64,000 nucleotides of DNA from Thermoproteota archaeon (GTDB taxonomy: Archaea > Thermoproteota > EX4484-205 > JAAOZP01): positions 31,047 through 95,046 of the forward strand of contig JBNAVT010000003.1 of assembly GCA_049700215.1 (NCBI GenBank). Direction: 5' to 3'. The notes beneath the pieces were generated by a model, which worked only from the letters and a program-made list of their open reading frames with translations, searched no databases and had not been told where the DNA came from. The translations under genes and the position numbers were made by a program. Below, piece by piece: positions 37,299 through 47,929 of the stretch (positions within the stretch are counted from its first letter, which is position 1; every line of letters starts with the position of its first letter).

Positions 37299-39458
37299 TT
37301 AGACGAGAAAAAACTCCTCCTTCTCGCCGAACTTTTTGTATTTAGCCAGCATTTCCTCTTTTAAACTGGGTTTAACTGTTTGAAGAGCCTTTTCGAAATC
37401 CTCCCTCGTCACTTTGTCAGCATCCCTCCTCAAAGCGTTGAGGCCAGCCTCCCTGCAAAGCGCCTCCAGGTCAGCCCCGGAGTATCCCTCAGTCTTCTTA
37501 GCAATCTCCTCCAGGCTAACGCCCTCCAATGGCATTCTCCTAGTGTGTATCTTAAGTATCTGGAGCCTTGAAGCCTCATCAGGCGGGGGAACATAAAGCA
37601 CTACTTCAAACCTTCCCGGCCTCATTATCGCCGGGTCGAGGAGCTCAGGCCTGTTAGTAGCCCCTATTACTACGATCTTCTCGATAGGAGTTAAACCATC
37701 CATCTCCGTGAGCAGCTGGCTTACAACCCTCTCCGTGACGCCGCTGTCAGCCATGCTCATGCCCCTCCTCGGGGCGACCGCGTCAACCTCGTCCAGGAAG
37801 ATTATGGAGGGGGAGGCGAGCCTAGCCTTCCTGAAGACTTCCCTTATTGCCTTCTCAGACTCTCCAACCCATTTCGAGAAGACCTCCGGGCCCTTGATGC
37901 TTATGAAGTTAGCCTCGCTCTCCGTCGCTACTGCTCTAGCTAGAAGCGTCTTCCCGCATCCAGGTGGGCCGTAGAGGAGTATTGCTTTAGGAGGAGTTAT
38001 GCCTAGTTTCTCAAACTTCTCCGGAGTCTTTATCGGGAGCTCGACAGTCTCCCTGAGCCTCCTCTTAATCTCTTCAAGCCCGCCGACGTCGCTCCACCTG
38101 ACTGTGGGAACTTCAACGTATACTTCTCTCATCGCAGTCGGAGTTATCTCCTTAAACGCGTTCATGAAGTCCTCAGCCTTAACGACCATTTTCTCCAAGA
38201 CTGACGGCGGGATCTTCTCATCCAGCTTTATCTCAGGCAAGTATCTCCTTAAAGCCTTCATCGCCGCCTCCCTGCAAAGCGCGGCGAGGTCTGCACCAGT
38301 GTAGCCGTGCGTTATTTCAGCCAGCTTCTTCAAGTCAACATCCTTGTCGAGCGGCATCGACCTAGTGTGTATCTGAAGTATTTCAAGCCTTCCCTGCTTA
38401 TCAGGTACTCCTATCTCTATCTCCCTGTCAAACCTGCCCGGCCTGCGTAGAGCAGGGTCAATCATGTTGGGAACGTTCGTTGCACCTATGACTATAACGT
38501 CGCCCCTAGCCTTCAAACCATCCATGAGTGCTAGAAGCTGGGCCACGACTCTTCTCTCAACCTCGCCGCCAACCTCCTCCCTCTTCGGCGCTATAGCGTC
38601 TATCTCGTCTATGAAGATTATGCTTGGAGCCTTCTCCTGAGCCTCCTGGAAGACCCTTCTAAGCCTCTCCTCAGACTCGCCGTAGAACTTGCTCATTATT
38701 TCAGGCCCGTTTATTGAGAGGAAGTTGGCGTCAGACTCGTTTGCAACCGCCTTAGCCAGGAGTGTTTTACCCGTGCCGGGGGGGCCGTGGAGCAACACGC
38801 CCTTAGGCGGCTCAATTCCCAGCCTCTGGAAAAGCTCAGGGTGTCTAAGCGGGAGCTCAACCATCTCCCTTATTCGCTGAATCTCCTCGTGCAACCCGCC
38901 AATATCCTCGTAAGTAACCCTTGGGATAGCGAGCTTTTCAGCAGCCTCCTCGCTGACTATCTGAATCCTCGTATCAGCAGTGACCTTCACGAATCCTCTA
39001 GGCTTAACCCTGACCGCGGTGAGGCCGAGAGCCTGTCCTCCGAAGACCGGTACTGCGACAATATCTCCCTCGGTGAGGGGAGTGTCTATCAGCTTATCCT
39101 TAACGTAGTCCAAGAAATCCTCGTCAACGCTGGATATTCGTGCACCCATTGGGGCCAACACGACTTCGCTAGCGTTCTCAACCTTATCCACCTTCCTGAT
39201 CTTCACGTAGTCCCCTATCGCAACCCCTGCGCTCTTCCTGATCAGGCCGTCCATCCTAACTATTTTGCGATCCTCATCCTCAGCGTAGCCCGGCCAGACG
39301 ACTGCTGAGGCAGACTTCCTCCCGAGTATTTCAACAAAATCCCCTGTCTCAGCCTTAAGCTGAGACATCTCCCTCCTGCCTATTCTGACTATTCTCCTAC
39401 CCACGTCCCTCGGCCTAGCCTCGGCGACAACCAGTTGAACCTCGCTCATGGTTTTCAA
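37299..39458 (-). CDS. cdc48: Cdc48/VCP/VAT AAA+ ATPase
   Basis: N domain plus two AAA modules ([21 protein letters not shown]). Confidence 0.96.
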   Translation of the reverse strand: MKTMSEVQLVVAEARPRDVGRRIVRIGRREMSQLKAETGDFVEILGRKSASAVVWPGYAEDEDRKIVRMDGLIRKSAGVAIGDYVKIRKVDKVENASEVVLAPMGARISSVDEDFLDYVKDKLIDTPLTEGDIVAVPVFGGQALGLTAVRVKPRGFVKVTADTRIQIVSEEAAEKLAIPRVTYEDIGGLHEEIQRIREMVELPLRHPELFQRLGIEPPKGVLLHGPPGTGKTLLAKAVANESDANFLSINGPEIMSKFYGESEERLRRVFQEAQEKAPSIIFIDEIDAIAPKREEVGGEVERRVVAQLLALMDGLKARGDVIVIGATNVPNMIDPALRRPGRFDREIEIGVPDKQGRLEILQIHTRSMPLDKDVDLKKLAEITHGYTGADLAALCREAAMKALRRYLPEIKLDEKIPPSVLEKMVVKAEDFMNAFKEITPTAMREVYVEVPTVRWSDVGGLEEIKRRLRETVELPIKTPEKFEKLGITPPKAILLYGPPGCGKTLLARAVATESEANFISIKGPEVFSKWVGESEKAIREVFRKARLASPSIIFLDEVDAVAPRRGMSMADSGVTERVVSQLLTEMDGLTPIEKIVVIGATNRPELLDPAIMRPGRFEVVLYVPPPDEASRLQILKIHTRRMPLEGVSLEEIAKKTEGYSGADLEALCREAGLNALRRDADKVTREDFEKALQTVKPSLKEEMLAKYKKFGEKEEFFLV

Positions 39459-39525
39459 TGAAGCACCATGATGCTGGGATTTAAACTTTCAACAAACCTG
39501 TTCATATAAAAGTTGTAAAATACTG

Positions 39526-41304
39526 TTACAGGGCCTCCTTAGGCTCCTCCTCAATCCGCTTCAACTGGCTCCTATACATTTCCAGGATCTCCTTGACTGT
39601 TGTCGCCTGCTCCGGAGACTTATCGTCCCTAAGCTTCCCAGTATACTTTGGGAAGCGGCCGGCGAAGCCTGAGCCCTCCCTCACAATGCCGAGGCCACAC
39701 GTGTGAACCGGGCTCAGGGTTATTTCCGAGACGATTATCTCAATGACTATCCTTGGCTCCACCCAGACGTCTGCCTCAATCTTAGAATCCACCCTGGGAT
39801 GCCTATGGGTAATCCTGTATTTGTCGACGAGCTCAGTGAACTTCTCCAGGTCCTCGTCTGTGAAACCGGTTCCGCATTTAGCAAAAGTTCTAAACACGTC
39901 TTCCTCAGGATCATAGGCGGCGAGAAGGTACGCACCGTACCTGCCCGCCCTCTTCCCCCTGCCGTGGAAAGCCCCGACTATAACAAGGTCAATCGTGTCC
40001 GCGACCTCAACCTTGTACTCTCTCTTCAGCTTTATCCAGCTCCACTCCCTAGCGCCCGCCCTATAGGGTGCTTTCAAATCCTTAACAACAAGCCCCTCGC
40101 ATCCGTCTGAAATAGCCTCCTCCATGAAGCTCTCTATCTCCCCCGTGTCGCTCGAAACTATCTGCCTCACCAGCTTAACCCGCTCATCCTCGACAATAAT
40201 CCTGCTTAACGCGGCCCTCCTCTCCAAGTATGTTTTCTGAGTATAGTCAGAGCCGTCAGCATACAGAACGTCGAAGAAGAATAGTGCAACAGGATACTCT
40301 TTCATCGCCTCCTCCACGCCGTATTTTCTCCGCCTGTGCATAAGCTCTTGAAACGGGAGGAGCTCCCCGGTGTCGGGGTTTATCGCCACGCACTCCGCCT
40401 CGAGAATGGCCTCCTGAGCCTTCACATTCCTCCTAGCTAGCTCTATGGCATCAGGATAGTGGCCAGTAATGTTCTCCAGCCGTCTTGAGAAAAGTATGAC
40501 GCTGCCAGCATCCTTATGTATCTGCACGCGTTCACCGTCAAGCTTATACTCAGCCGCAACCTCGCCGCCAAGCTTTTCAAGAACCTCTTGAACACTCGTC
40601 AAGCGTTCCGCAAGCATTGGTCTAACAGGCTTGCCGACCATGATTCTAAACTCTGAAACACCGTCAAGCCCCTTTTCAGCAACAGCCTTCGCGACAGCCC
40701 CTAGGTCGCTGGATATGTTGTACGCGCGCTCAATAACCGGCCTGTTAGACTTGTCACCTGTGAACGCTTGGGCTAAAGCATCCAGTATAGTGTAGTCAGC
40801 TATGCCGAGCCTAAGCCTCCCCGTGATTGTTCTAACAGCATACTTCGCCTCCTTCGGAGACATGTCTATCAGCAGGGAGACTAGCAGGCTCGTCTTCTGA
40901 GTAACCGAGCCCTTCCCACCCAATTTTGCAAGCCTATATAGCTTCTCGTAGACCTCTAGGAGGGTGGGACTCCTGCTTACAAGCTTCTTCTGAACCTTTC
41001 TGCCTGCAAGGGTTTCCGCCACGCTCCCAAGGTCTCCAGCATCCCTGTAAAGTTTCTCAACAGTCTTCTGGTCAACCCCTGAGAAATCTGTTAAAGCCCT
41101 TAAGACAAGCTTGTCAGCCATCCCGAATTCTAGGCCCTCGTAGTCGGGCCTAACCTTCCCCTGAAGAAGGTAGACAAGCTTCTCAAGCTCGACAGGACTA
41201 GCCTTCTTAAACAGGTCTATGAGGAAACCCGTCATCTCAATCCTTTTCGTCGTCGACTCGACTTGCTCCATCGCTTCTGCAACTTCCCTGAAAAGCATAA
41301 CCAT
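39526..41304 (-). CDS. lig: ATP-dependent DNA ligase
   Basis: EYKLDGER, EGLVVK, WIKLKREY, RFP. Confidence 0.97.
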   Translation of the reverse strand: MVMLFREVAEAMEQVESTTKRIEMTGFLIDLFKKASPVELEKLVYLLQGKVRPDYEGLEFGMADKLVLRALTDFSGVDQKTVEKLYRDAGDLGSVAETLAGRKVQKKLVSRSPTLLEVYEKLYRLAKLGGKGSVTQKTSLLVSLLIDMSPKEAKYAVRTITGRLRLGIADYTILDALAQAFTGDKSNRPVIERAYNISSDLGAVAKAVAEKGLDGVSEFRIMVGKPVRPMLAERLTSVQEVLEKLGGEVAAEYKLDGERVQIHKDAGSVILFSRRLENITGHYPDAIELARRNVKAQEAILEAECVAINPDTGELLPFQELMHRRRKYGVEEAMKEYPVALFFFDVLYADGSDYTQKTYLERRAALSRIIVEDERVKLVRQIVSSDTGEIESFMEEAISDGCEGLVVKDLKAPYRAGAREWSWIKLKREYKVEVADTIDLVIVGAFHGRGKRAGRYGAYLLAAYDPEEDVFRTFAKCGTGFTDEDLEKFTELVDKYRITHRHPRVDSKIEADVWVEPRIVIEIIVSEITLSPVHTCGLGIVREGSGFAGRFPKYTGKLRDDKSPEQATTVKEILEMYRSQLKRIEEEPKEAL

Positions 41305-41346
41305 GGTATTGAAGCATTAGGAGGATGGTAAAAATGTTTCTGTCCT

Positions 41347-41883
41347 TTAAAAGGAGTCGGGCGGGGACTCTGCCCCAAGGAAGGTTTCTAATAGCTTCTC
41401 GAAGTCAACCAGGTCTCCTTCTCCAATCCCAGGACACTGCTCGTCGAAGATGAAAACATATTCCTCTGAGCCGTGTTTGACGACCTCCACGTCTCCCGGA
41501 AGAGTTAGAATGCTTTCAAGCACCTTCTTCTTAACCGGGTAGAAAGGGTAGAGCCTGCATAAGACAGGCCTATACTCGTGAATTGTGCACAGACCGTTTC
41601 TGAGAAACGGGCAGAAACCGTTTTCACCGATTAGAATCAGCCTGCCCTCAGGAGCGGGATATGGCTTGAAAGACGGGATGATTCTCCTAATCCTCTCCAC
41701 GTCTTCTTCAGAAACCTCAGGGTTGAGGCCGCAGCACTTCTCGCCGCAAAGTCTACACCTAAAAAGCATGTTTCTCAAAGCTATGGGGAGCCCCGGGGGA
41801 GCTTTTTCAACCATTTCAGCCGATACTTGCAGGAACCTTTTTAAAACCTTACTCTTCAATCCATGAGGCTTGAATCGGAACAC
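41347..41883 (-). CDS. YkgJ family cysteine-cluster protein
   Basis: CRLCGEKCC, CPFL, CTIHEYRPVLCRLYPF, CPGIG; true start probably downstream. Confidence 0.85.
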   Translation of the reverse strand: MFRFKPHGLKSKVLKRFLQVSAEMVEKAPPGLPIALRNMLFRCRLCGEKCCGLNPEVSEEDVERIRRIIPSFKPYPAPEGRLILIGENGFCPFLRNGLCTIHEYRPVLCRLYPFYPVKKKVLESILTLPGDVEVVKHGSEEYVFIFDEQCPGIGEGDLVDFEKLLETFLGAESPPDSF

Positions 41884-42451
41884 TGCTAAAGGACTCTCCT
41901 ACCTGTTGTCCAACCCTGTCGTAGGGGGGCTTGGAGGACTCTTAGTTATGCTTAGAGAGAAGGCTTTCTTTAAAAACCCTATTCTAAACATTCTAGCAGT
42001 ATTGTTCTTCTACAGCATTGTTCCCTTCGTAAGCGTCTACTACCTTAGGCTTCGCGGGAGAACAGACGTTTTTATGAGCGAAAGAAGCAGGAGGCCGAAA
42101 CACTTTATTCCGGGGCTGGTGGGCTACGCGTTTTCAGCCGTCGTCTTCCAAGCATGGGGCATGGGGCTGATGAAGACTGCCTCAGCCTCCTTCCTTTTAA
42201 CATCGCTAATATTGCTGTTACTCACCCTCGCGGTGAAGGTGAGCATCCATGTCGCAGGCTTGACGGCGACCGTAATCCTAATCCTTTACGCCTACTGGCC
42301 AGCCGGATTAATACTGCTGCTCCTAATTCCTGTTTTAGCATGGGCGCGCGTAAACACGGGTGAACACACATGCTGGCAGACGATACTGGGCGCCTTCACC
42401 GGTTTCGCTGGAAGCCTACTGGGCATACTGGTTTTCCCACCTGGGTCTTGA
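41870..42451 (+). CDS. PAP2-like integral membrane protein
   Basis: Multiple TM helices; KVSIH and WARV...HT..Q motifs. Confidence 0.75.
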   Translation: MNRNTAKGLSYLLSNPVVGGLGGLLVMLREKAFFKNPILNILAVLFFYSIVPFVSVYYLRLRGRTDVFMSERSRRPKHFIPGLVGYAFSAVVFQAWGMGLMKTASASFLLTSLILLLLTLAVKVSIHVAGLTATVILILYAYWPAGLILLLLIPVLAWARVNTGEHTCWQTILGAFTGFAGSLLGILVFPPGS

Positions 42452-42455
42452 AAAC

Positions 42456-43199
42456 TCACCAGTACACGGCCAAGCTACCGAGCTTTGGAAAGGCCTTCAA
42501 CCCTTCTCCCTGAGCGAGAAGTATTGGCGTGAAAGACATCACGTCGACTTTTCTGAGAATCGGGGAGAGGAGGCTGTTCGCATCCACTTCGTTCACCGCC
42601 ATCCCCATTGTCAACGGGTTCATCGAGGGCAGTATAATTATCTTCACTCGCTCGTGCTCGCCGTATAGGAAGCTTTTGAACCTGTGTTTAACACCTATCG
42701 AGTCCCTTATTGAGACGACAGGGTGTTCGTGGCCCATCAGCACAGTGCTCCCGTCTTCCGGCAGCTCGTGCTCCCTGTCGCCGTGTATAAGGAAGTATTT
42801 ACCAAGCCTCAGAGGCGGGTCTTGAAACTCCACGTTCAGCCTCCTGAGAACAATCCTGACGAAATTATCATGGTTCCCCCTGACCAGCAGGGGCTCTGCG
42901 CCAAGGCTGCGGACATCGTTAACAAAATCCTGAACCTGCGTCCACTCCTCAGGATTTATGTCTCCGAACTCGTTCTTTATATCCCCTAGGATTATGAGCC
43001 TCTTGGCAGACCTGTAGTTAAACATGTTTCTGAGAGACTTGATCACCGGGGCGTAAGTCGGGAATGGAATGTGCACACCCTTCTCCTCGAGCTCCCATTC
43101 CAGGCCGAGGTGAATATCGGCTACGACAATAGCATCCAGGGATTTCACGTAGAGAGCTGGTTCGAACTCAACTATCTCAACATCATCAGTCAGCAGCAT
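42456..43199 (-). CDS. Metallophosphoesterase (Lhr/ligase-associated MPE type)
   Basis: ADIHLG, LGD, RGNHD, HGD, GHEHP. Confidence 0.9.
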   Translation of the reverse strand: MLLTDDVEIVEFEPALYVKSLDAIVVADIHLGLEWELEEKGVHIPFPTYAPVIKSLRNMFNYRSAKRLIILGDIKNEFGDINPEEWTQVQDFVNDVRSLGAEPLLVRGNHDNFVRIVLRRLNVEFQDPPLRLGKYFLIHGDREHELPEDGSTVLMGHEHPVVSIRDSIGVKHRFKSFLYGEHERVKIIILPSMNPLTMGMAVNEVDANSLLSPILRKVDVMSFTPILLAQGEGLKAFPKLGSLAVYW

Positions 43200-45834
43200 G
43201 AATTGTTGCCAGAACCTCCCTGTGAAGCCTCTCCAATAGGGCTCTCTTATCCTCCATCAGCACAACGTCAGAGAAGCTTGAAACAAGCAGGGAGTGCGAT
43301 AGGGGTGAAGCAACCCTGCTGGGCTCGCAGACCAGCGGGCTCCTCAAACCATTCTCAAGCTCAGATATGAACCTTATTGCATTCTTAATATCCATAACGT
43401 CCTCAAGTATCTCCCTGTAAGTCTCCCTCATTACTGGAAAACCCTTCAAGTCTCTCACAGCTTTGAGAACGTGCTCCGAGTTCAACTGGAGTTTAGAAAC
43501 CATCACTTCGTGACCCTTATAGTTTCTAAGTATCATGAAGCTCCTGACAGCAACATGCCTAAACCTGTGTTTCAACATGTCCGTCTTTTCTATCGAGGAG
43601 ACGACGAGCTCCTGAAGGTTTGAAGAGTTTACTGATTTAACAATCTTCTCAGGGTCAACCCTGTATTTTGGCGGGAGTATCAGCAGGAAACCATTGTCGC
43701 TCACCGAGATCTGTATGGAGACGGAGCCTAGCAGGTTTGAAGCCGCCACTGCGAAAGCCCTTGAAAGAACATCGTTAACCCTTCTCCCCACCAGGCTATG
43801 GAAAACAACCATCTGCCTACCTGATTCATCAATATAGTTCTCCACTATCAAAGAACCCTTCCTGACGTATGGAAGTATACCTATGTTGCTAAAGTATTCC
43901 GCGGTTATCCTGAGATAGTCGTAGAGAGCGACAGCCGTCTTCCTGTCTATCTTGAAATACTCCATGTACTGCTTAACCCTGTCCTCCTTCCTGTCGAAGA
44001 GTATTGTCTGAAGCTCCCTTATCCTAAACTCGTCTATCATGCTTGCCAAGTCGTAGGAGAGGGGAAGCATCTCTGAGAACCATTGAGGAACAGTCGGCCT
44101 CTCACCCTCAGCAGGCTCGACGATAAGCTTCATCAAACGGCTTTTCAAACACCTGTATGGCCTGCCCCCTAGGAGAAAGATGTCTCCCGGGGAGAGTCTT
44201 TCGAAAAACTCTTCCTCAATGTTTCCAACGGGCCTGTTGTCTCTAGTGAAAACCCTTACCATCGCCATGTCTGGTATCGTCCCAGTGTTAGTCATGTAGA
44301 TAACCCTAGCAAGATTACCCCTTCTTCCGAAGACTCCGTCAGCCTCGTCAAGCCAGATCTTACCGTAAACCTTGTATCCCTCAAGCTGCCTGTAATACCC
44401 GCTTAAATACCTCAATACACTTATGAAATCATCCTTTTCCAGATTTCTGAAGTTATACGATCTCCTAACGAGATCGTAAGCTTCGTCAAGCCTCCATTTT
44501 CTCTCAACAGCCATGCCGACAATATGCTGGGCCAAAACGTCAAGGGGGTTTTCAGGAATATATGCTTCGTCAAGCCTCCCTGCTTCAGCAGCCTTAGACA
44601 TTACGAGGACTTCCAGAAGATCATCCCTCTCCATCGGTATGAAAATGCCTTTTGAAACAGCCTCCAGAGAATGCCCTGAACGCCCTACTCTTTGAATAGC
44701 CCTAGTAACGGACTTTGGCGAGCCTATTTGGACAACGCAGTCTATGAAGCCGATGTCTATCCCTAGTTCAAGAGAAGTACTCGTAACAACAGCCTTAAGC
44801 CTTCCCTTCTTCAACTTGTCTTCCACGTCAAGCCTGACTTCGCGCGAAAGAGAGGAATGGTGTGCAGCATACTCCTCCTCGCTCAAGACGGTTTTAGGCC
44901 TGAGCTTCTTAAGATGGTACACGACTCTCTCAGTGCTGCTCCGCGTGTTGGTGAAGATGAGCGTAGTCCTGTTACGCCTTATAATATCGTTTATCAACCT
45001 GTACATTCTTCTGCTGAGTTCTTCAGCAGGCGTGTGGACTAGGTCGCGGTGCGGCGATACGACTTTAAGCTCGAACTTCTTTGAGGCATGAACATCCACT
45101 ATGGTGCAAGGCCTCGGCGAGGAATCCTCGTACCCAGCAAGGTAGGCGGCAACCTTCTCCAATGGGTGGATGGTTGCAGATAGGCCTATCCGCTGGAAAT
45201 CCTGGCCTGAGAAGCTTCTCAGCCTTTCAAGGCTTAGGGAGAGGTGGGCACCCCTCTTAGAGCTGCAGAGCTCGTGTATCTCGTCAACCACAACCCATTT
45301 AACCCCCTTCAGGAAGGATCTGAATTTCGGCGCCACGAGAATTATCGACAGGCTTTCCGGAGTAGTTATGAGTATGTGCGGAGGCTTCTTAAGCATTCTT
45401 CCCCTTTCAGAGGTTTTAGTGTCACCCGTCCTAACATGGATCCTTATCTCTGGAAGCAATAACCCTTTAGCCTCGGCAAGCCTCCTGAGCTCCTCTAAGG
45501 GCTGTGAAAGATTCTTCCTCACGTCATTGTTTAAGGATCTGAGTGGAGAAACATAGACGCAGTAAACCCTGTCTTCAAGCCTTCCTTCAAAACCCGTTTT
45601 AATCAAATCGTCCAGTATCGTTAGGAAGCAGGCAAGCGTCTTCCCGCTGCCGGTTGGCGCGGAGATTAAAGTGTTCTCACCGCTTCTGATGGGCATTATC
45701 CCGTATGACTGCGGCGGTGTAAGTCCTTTGAACCTGCTTCTAAACCATTCGCCAACTATAGGGTGAAGTATCTTAACAACCTCCTCGAGCGAACTCTTAA
45801 CAGTGTAGAACCTGTAGGGCGCCTCAGGCATCAC
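43186..45834 (-). CDS. lhr: Lhr-family SF2 helicase
   Basis: APTGSGKT, SPLRSLNND, TTPESL, DEIH, GLSAT, SLELGID, QRVGRSGH, GTIPD. Confidence 0.95.
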   Translation of the reverse strand: MMPEAPYRFYTVKSSLEEVVKILHPIVGEWFRSRFKGLTPPQSYGIMPIRSGENTLISAPTGSGKTLACFLTILDDLIKTGFEGRLEDRVYCVYVSPLRSLNNDVRKNLSQPLEELRRLAEAKGLLLPEIRIHVRTGDTKTSERGRMLKKPPHILITTPESLSIILVAPKFRSFLKGVKWVVVDEIHELCSSKRGAHLSLSLERLRSFSGQDFQRIGLSATIHPLEKVAAYLAGYEDSSPRPCTIVDVHASKKFELKVVSPHRDLVHTPAEELSRRMYRLINDIIRRNRTTLIFTNTRSSTERVVYHLKKLRPKTVLSEEEYAAHHSSLSREVRLDVEDKLKKGRLKAVVTSTSLELGIDIGFIDCVVQIGSPKSVTRAIQRVGRSGHSLEAVSKGIFIPMERDDLLEVLVMSKAAEAGRLDEAYIPENPLDVLAQHIVGMAVERKWRLDEAYDLVRRSYNFRNLEKDDFISVLRYLSGYYRQLEGYKVYGKIWLDEADGVFGRRGNLARVIYMTNTGTIPDMAMVRVFTRDNRPVGNIEEEFFERLSPGDIFLLGGRPYRCLKSRLMKLIVEPAEGERPTVPQWFSEMLPLSYDLASMIDEFRIRELQTILFDRKEDRVKQYMEYFKIDRKTAVALYDYLRITAEYFSNIGILPYVRKGSLIVENYIDESGRQMVVFHSLVGRRVNDVLSRAFAVAASNLLGSVSIQISVSDNGFLLILPPKYRVDPEKIVKSVNSSNLQELVVSSIEKTDMLKHRFRHVAVRSFMILRNYKGHEVMVSKLQLNSEHVLKAVRDLKGFPVMRETYREILEDVMDIKNAIRFISELENGLRSPLVCEPSRVASPLSHSLLVSSFSDVVLMEDKRALLERLHREVLATIHAAD

Positions 45835-45884
45835 TCTGCTTCCTTCAAAAGTCTATTCTCGAGACAGTGTTGATAAACCTTCCC

Positions 45885-46484
45885 CTAACTCCTGCCTTTA
45901 CCCAGGGGCATTACTATAAGGCCCTCGTCAGGATCCCCATAGGCCTCATAGTCACCGTCGTAAAACATCTTCGCCACCAGTGCCGCGGTAGCGGCGTCAA
46001 GCTCATGGTGAGTATTCACCCTCTCCAACCCCTTTATTTCAAGCCCCGCCAGCCCTTTCCGAAGCCTCTCGACGCCGCGGGATTTACGAGGTATCCCGAG
46101 AACATCCTGGGCCCCGCCGGGATAAACCTCTATAACCCTGAAACCATAGGAATCAAGAGTTTTCTTAAGCCTAATTCCTCTTTCCGTCAGGATGCGCATC
46201 GGGCCCAGCGTAATAGGGAAGAACCTTATTCCTCTTTTCAAAAGCTCCCTGTCACAGTTCCTCAGGTGAATACTGCTCCTGGCCTCCAGGCTGACTCTCC
46301 CCCTCGGCAGGGAGAGCGGAGCATCCACAGCAACCACCGCAGGATTGAAGCGCGAGACTTCTCTCAGTATCTCAGCATCAGTATGCAGGATCATTGTTTC
46401 AACGTTTAGGAACCAGTCTAGGACTGCAAACCCGCTCGGCCTCGTCTCCACCCCGGCTAGATCTATGCCTGCGAAAAACATCAT
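45885..46484 (-). CDS. DUF429 family predicted nuclease (RNase H fold)
   Basis: GIDLA, VDAPL, EVYP, HELDA. Confidence 0.88.
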   Translation of the reverse strand: MMFFAGIDLAGVETRPSGFAVLDWFLNVETMILHTDAEILREVSRFNPAVVAVDAPLSLPRGRVSLEARSSIHLRNCDRELLKRGIRFFPITLGPMRILTERGIRLKKTLDSYGFRVIEVYPGGAQDVLGIPRKSRGVERLRKGLAGLEIKGLERVNTHHELDAATAALVAKMFYDGDYEAYGDPDEGLIVMPLGKGRS

Positions 46485-47242
46485 ATTCTCAACCCAAATA
46501 GCCTGCGAGCGTTTCTAGTCGTCTCTTCAGCAACAGTATCCGGGTCGACTTTTTTAATCCTAGCTATCTCCCTGAGGCTGAAAACTATGTTTGAAGGCTC
46601 ATTCCTCTTGTACGGGTCGACCCCTAGAACCGGCGAGTCAGACTCAAGCAGAACGTTTTCCAGGGGGAGCCTGGCTGCCAGCTTCTGCTTCTGCGGCGAC
46701 CTCACTATTGAAGGGGGAATGCTGAAGAAGAAGCCTGCTTCAACACCCTTCAAAGCGTGAGACGCTTTCCCGTCGAAAGCATGCATCAAAACCCTCTTAG
46801 CATTTTTTTCAACCAGTATGTTGATGGCCTCTCTGCCAGCGCTTCTCGAGTGGACTATGATGGGGATGTCAAGCTTTTTAGCGAGCTCTATGAAAACCCC
46901 GAAAACCCCGATTAGCCTAGCCCTGTCCTCGCGAGCCCTAACCGTATAATAGTCTAGACCCACTTCGCCAATCCCGACTATCCTACTCCTGTTATTCAGG
47001 ATGAGCTGCACCACCTCCTCATGCCTGACGGAGAAAGGCGCTCCGTAGTCGATACCTATGGTTGAGTAAACGTAGCCCCTGAATCTTTCTGAAATGCTTA
47101 GCGACCTTAAACCCCCCTCTGGCCCCAGTCCACAGTCCACAATAGCCGCTAAACCGTTTTCCCTAGCTTTCAATACGACAGCGTCCAGGTCGGCGTTGAA
47201 AGAGCTGTCGCTCAAGTGTGCATGCGCGTCTACGAGCTGCAA
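46481..47242 (-). CDS. tatD: TatD family DNase
   Basis: DAHAH, GEVGLDY, HSR, HAF, LESDSP, RNEP. Confidence 0.93.
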   Translation of the reverse strand: MQLVDAHAHLSDSSFNADLDAVVLKARENGLAAIVDCGLGPEGGLRSLSISERFRGYVYSTIGIDYGAPFSVRHEEVVQLILNNRSRIVGIGEVGLDYYTVRAREDRARLIGVFGVFIELAKKLDIPIIVHSRSAGREAINILVEKNAKRVLMHAFDGKASHALKGVEAGFFFSIPPSIVRSPQKQKLAARLPLENVLLESDSPVLGVDPYKRNEPSNIVFSLREIARIKKVDPDTVAEETTRNARRLFGLRI

Positions 47243-47310
47243 TGAGACGAGTCAGATTGCAAGAAGACGGAGATAAACCTTTAATTACCTTAAACAATAA
47301 TTAAGCCGAA

Positions 47311-47511
47311 ATGGTGAAGAAGGCGAGCACCAGGCTTTACGTGCTTAACAAAAAGCTGGGTGGAAAAACATACTCTGCAACAATACTGTATTTACCCAGC
47401 AAGATCGTCAACGATTCCGCGTTCCCCCTGAGGAAGAAGGGCAGGCTTGTAGTTAAGATAGTTGGCGACAAGATAGTTGTTGAAAACGAGAAGGCGAGGA
47501 GGAAGCATTAA
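47311..47511 (+). CDS. Small AbrB-like DNA-binding protein
   Basis: LYLPSKIVNDSAFP...LVVKIVGDKIVVE; TATA upstream. Confidence 0.65.
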   Translation: MVKKASTRLYVLNKKLGGKTYSATILYLPSKIVNDSAFPLRKKGRLVVKIVGDKIVVENEKARRKH

Positions 47512-47894
47512 CCCAGCCTATGCTTGAAACCGGTGAAAGACGTGTAGATTATTATGAATTGTTCAAGCTCCCTTAGGAAGCCTGTGCTTATATGCCATGA
47601 TCCTTCCCTCTTCTCCACGATCCCGGCTCCAACAAGCCCCCGGATCATGTTGTAGAACTGGCCAACCGTTATCCTCCTCCTCCCCACCCAGTTTTTCCAC
47701 TCGCCAACATTCATCCCTGAAGACCCTCTTGAAACAAGCTCCTCGCAGAAAACCCTGGCCTCAGACGCTAGCAGAGGGCTTCTCCAGAAAACCCTGGAGA
47801 ACATCTCGTCAACGGTAGCGGGCACCCTGCCCGCCTTAAACAGTATCGTGGTCCCTTTATACGTCGCCTTGGCTCTCCTGCTTCTCCTAGGCAT
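47508..47894 (-). CDS. Hypothetical winged-helix-like protein
   Basis: QFYNMIRGLVGAGIVEKREGSWHIS resembles a recognition helix plus wing. Confidence 0.65.
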   Translation of the reverse strand: MPRRSRRAKATYKGTTILFKAGRVPATVDEMFSRVFWRSPLLASEARVFCEELVSRGSSGMNVGEWKNWVGRRRITVGQFYNMIRGLVGAGIVEKREGSWHISTGFLRELEQFIIIYTSFTGFKHRLG

Positions 47895-47929
47895 ACTTCT
47901 TACCTCTAAACGCTCAGAGAAAAGCCTTA

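Noticed and set aside
37160-37345. 61-aa plus-strand ORF
   Set aside because: Overlaps the cdc48 3' end, crosses a motif copy and has no recognisable features; probably debris.
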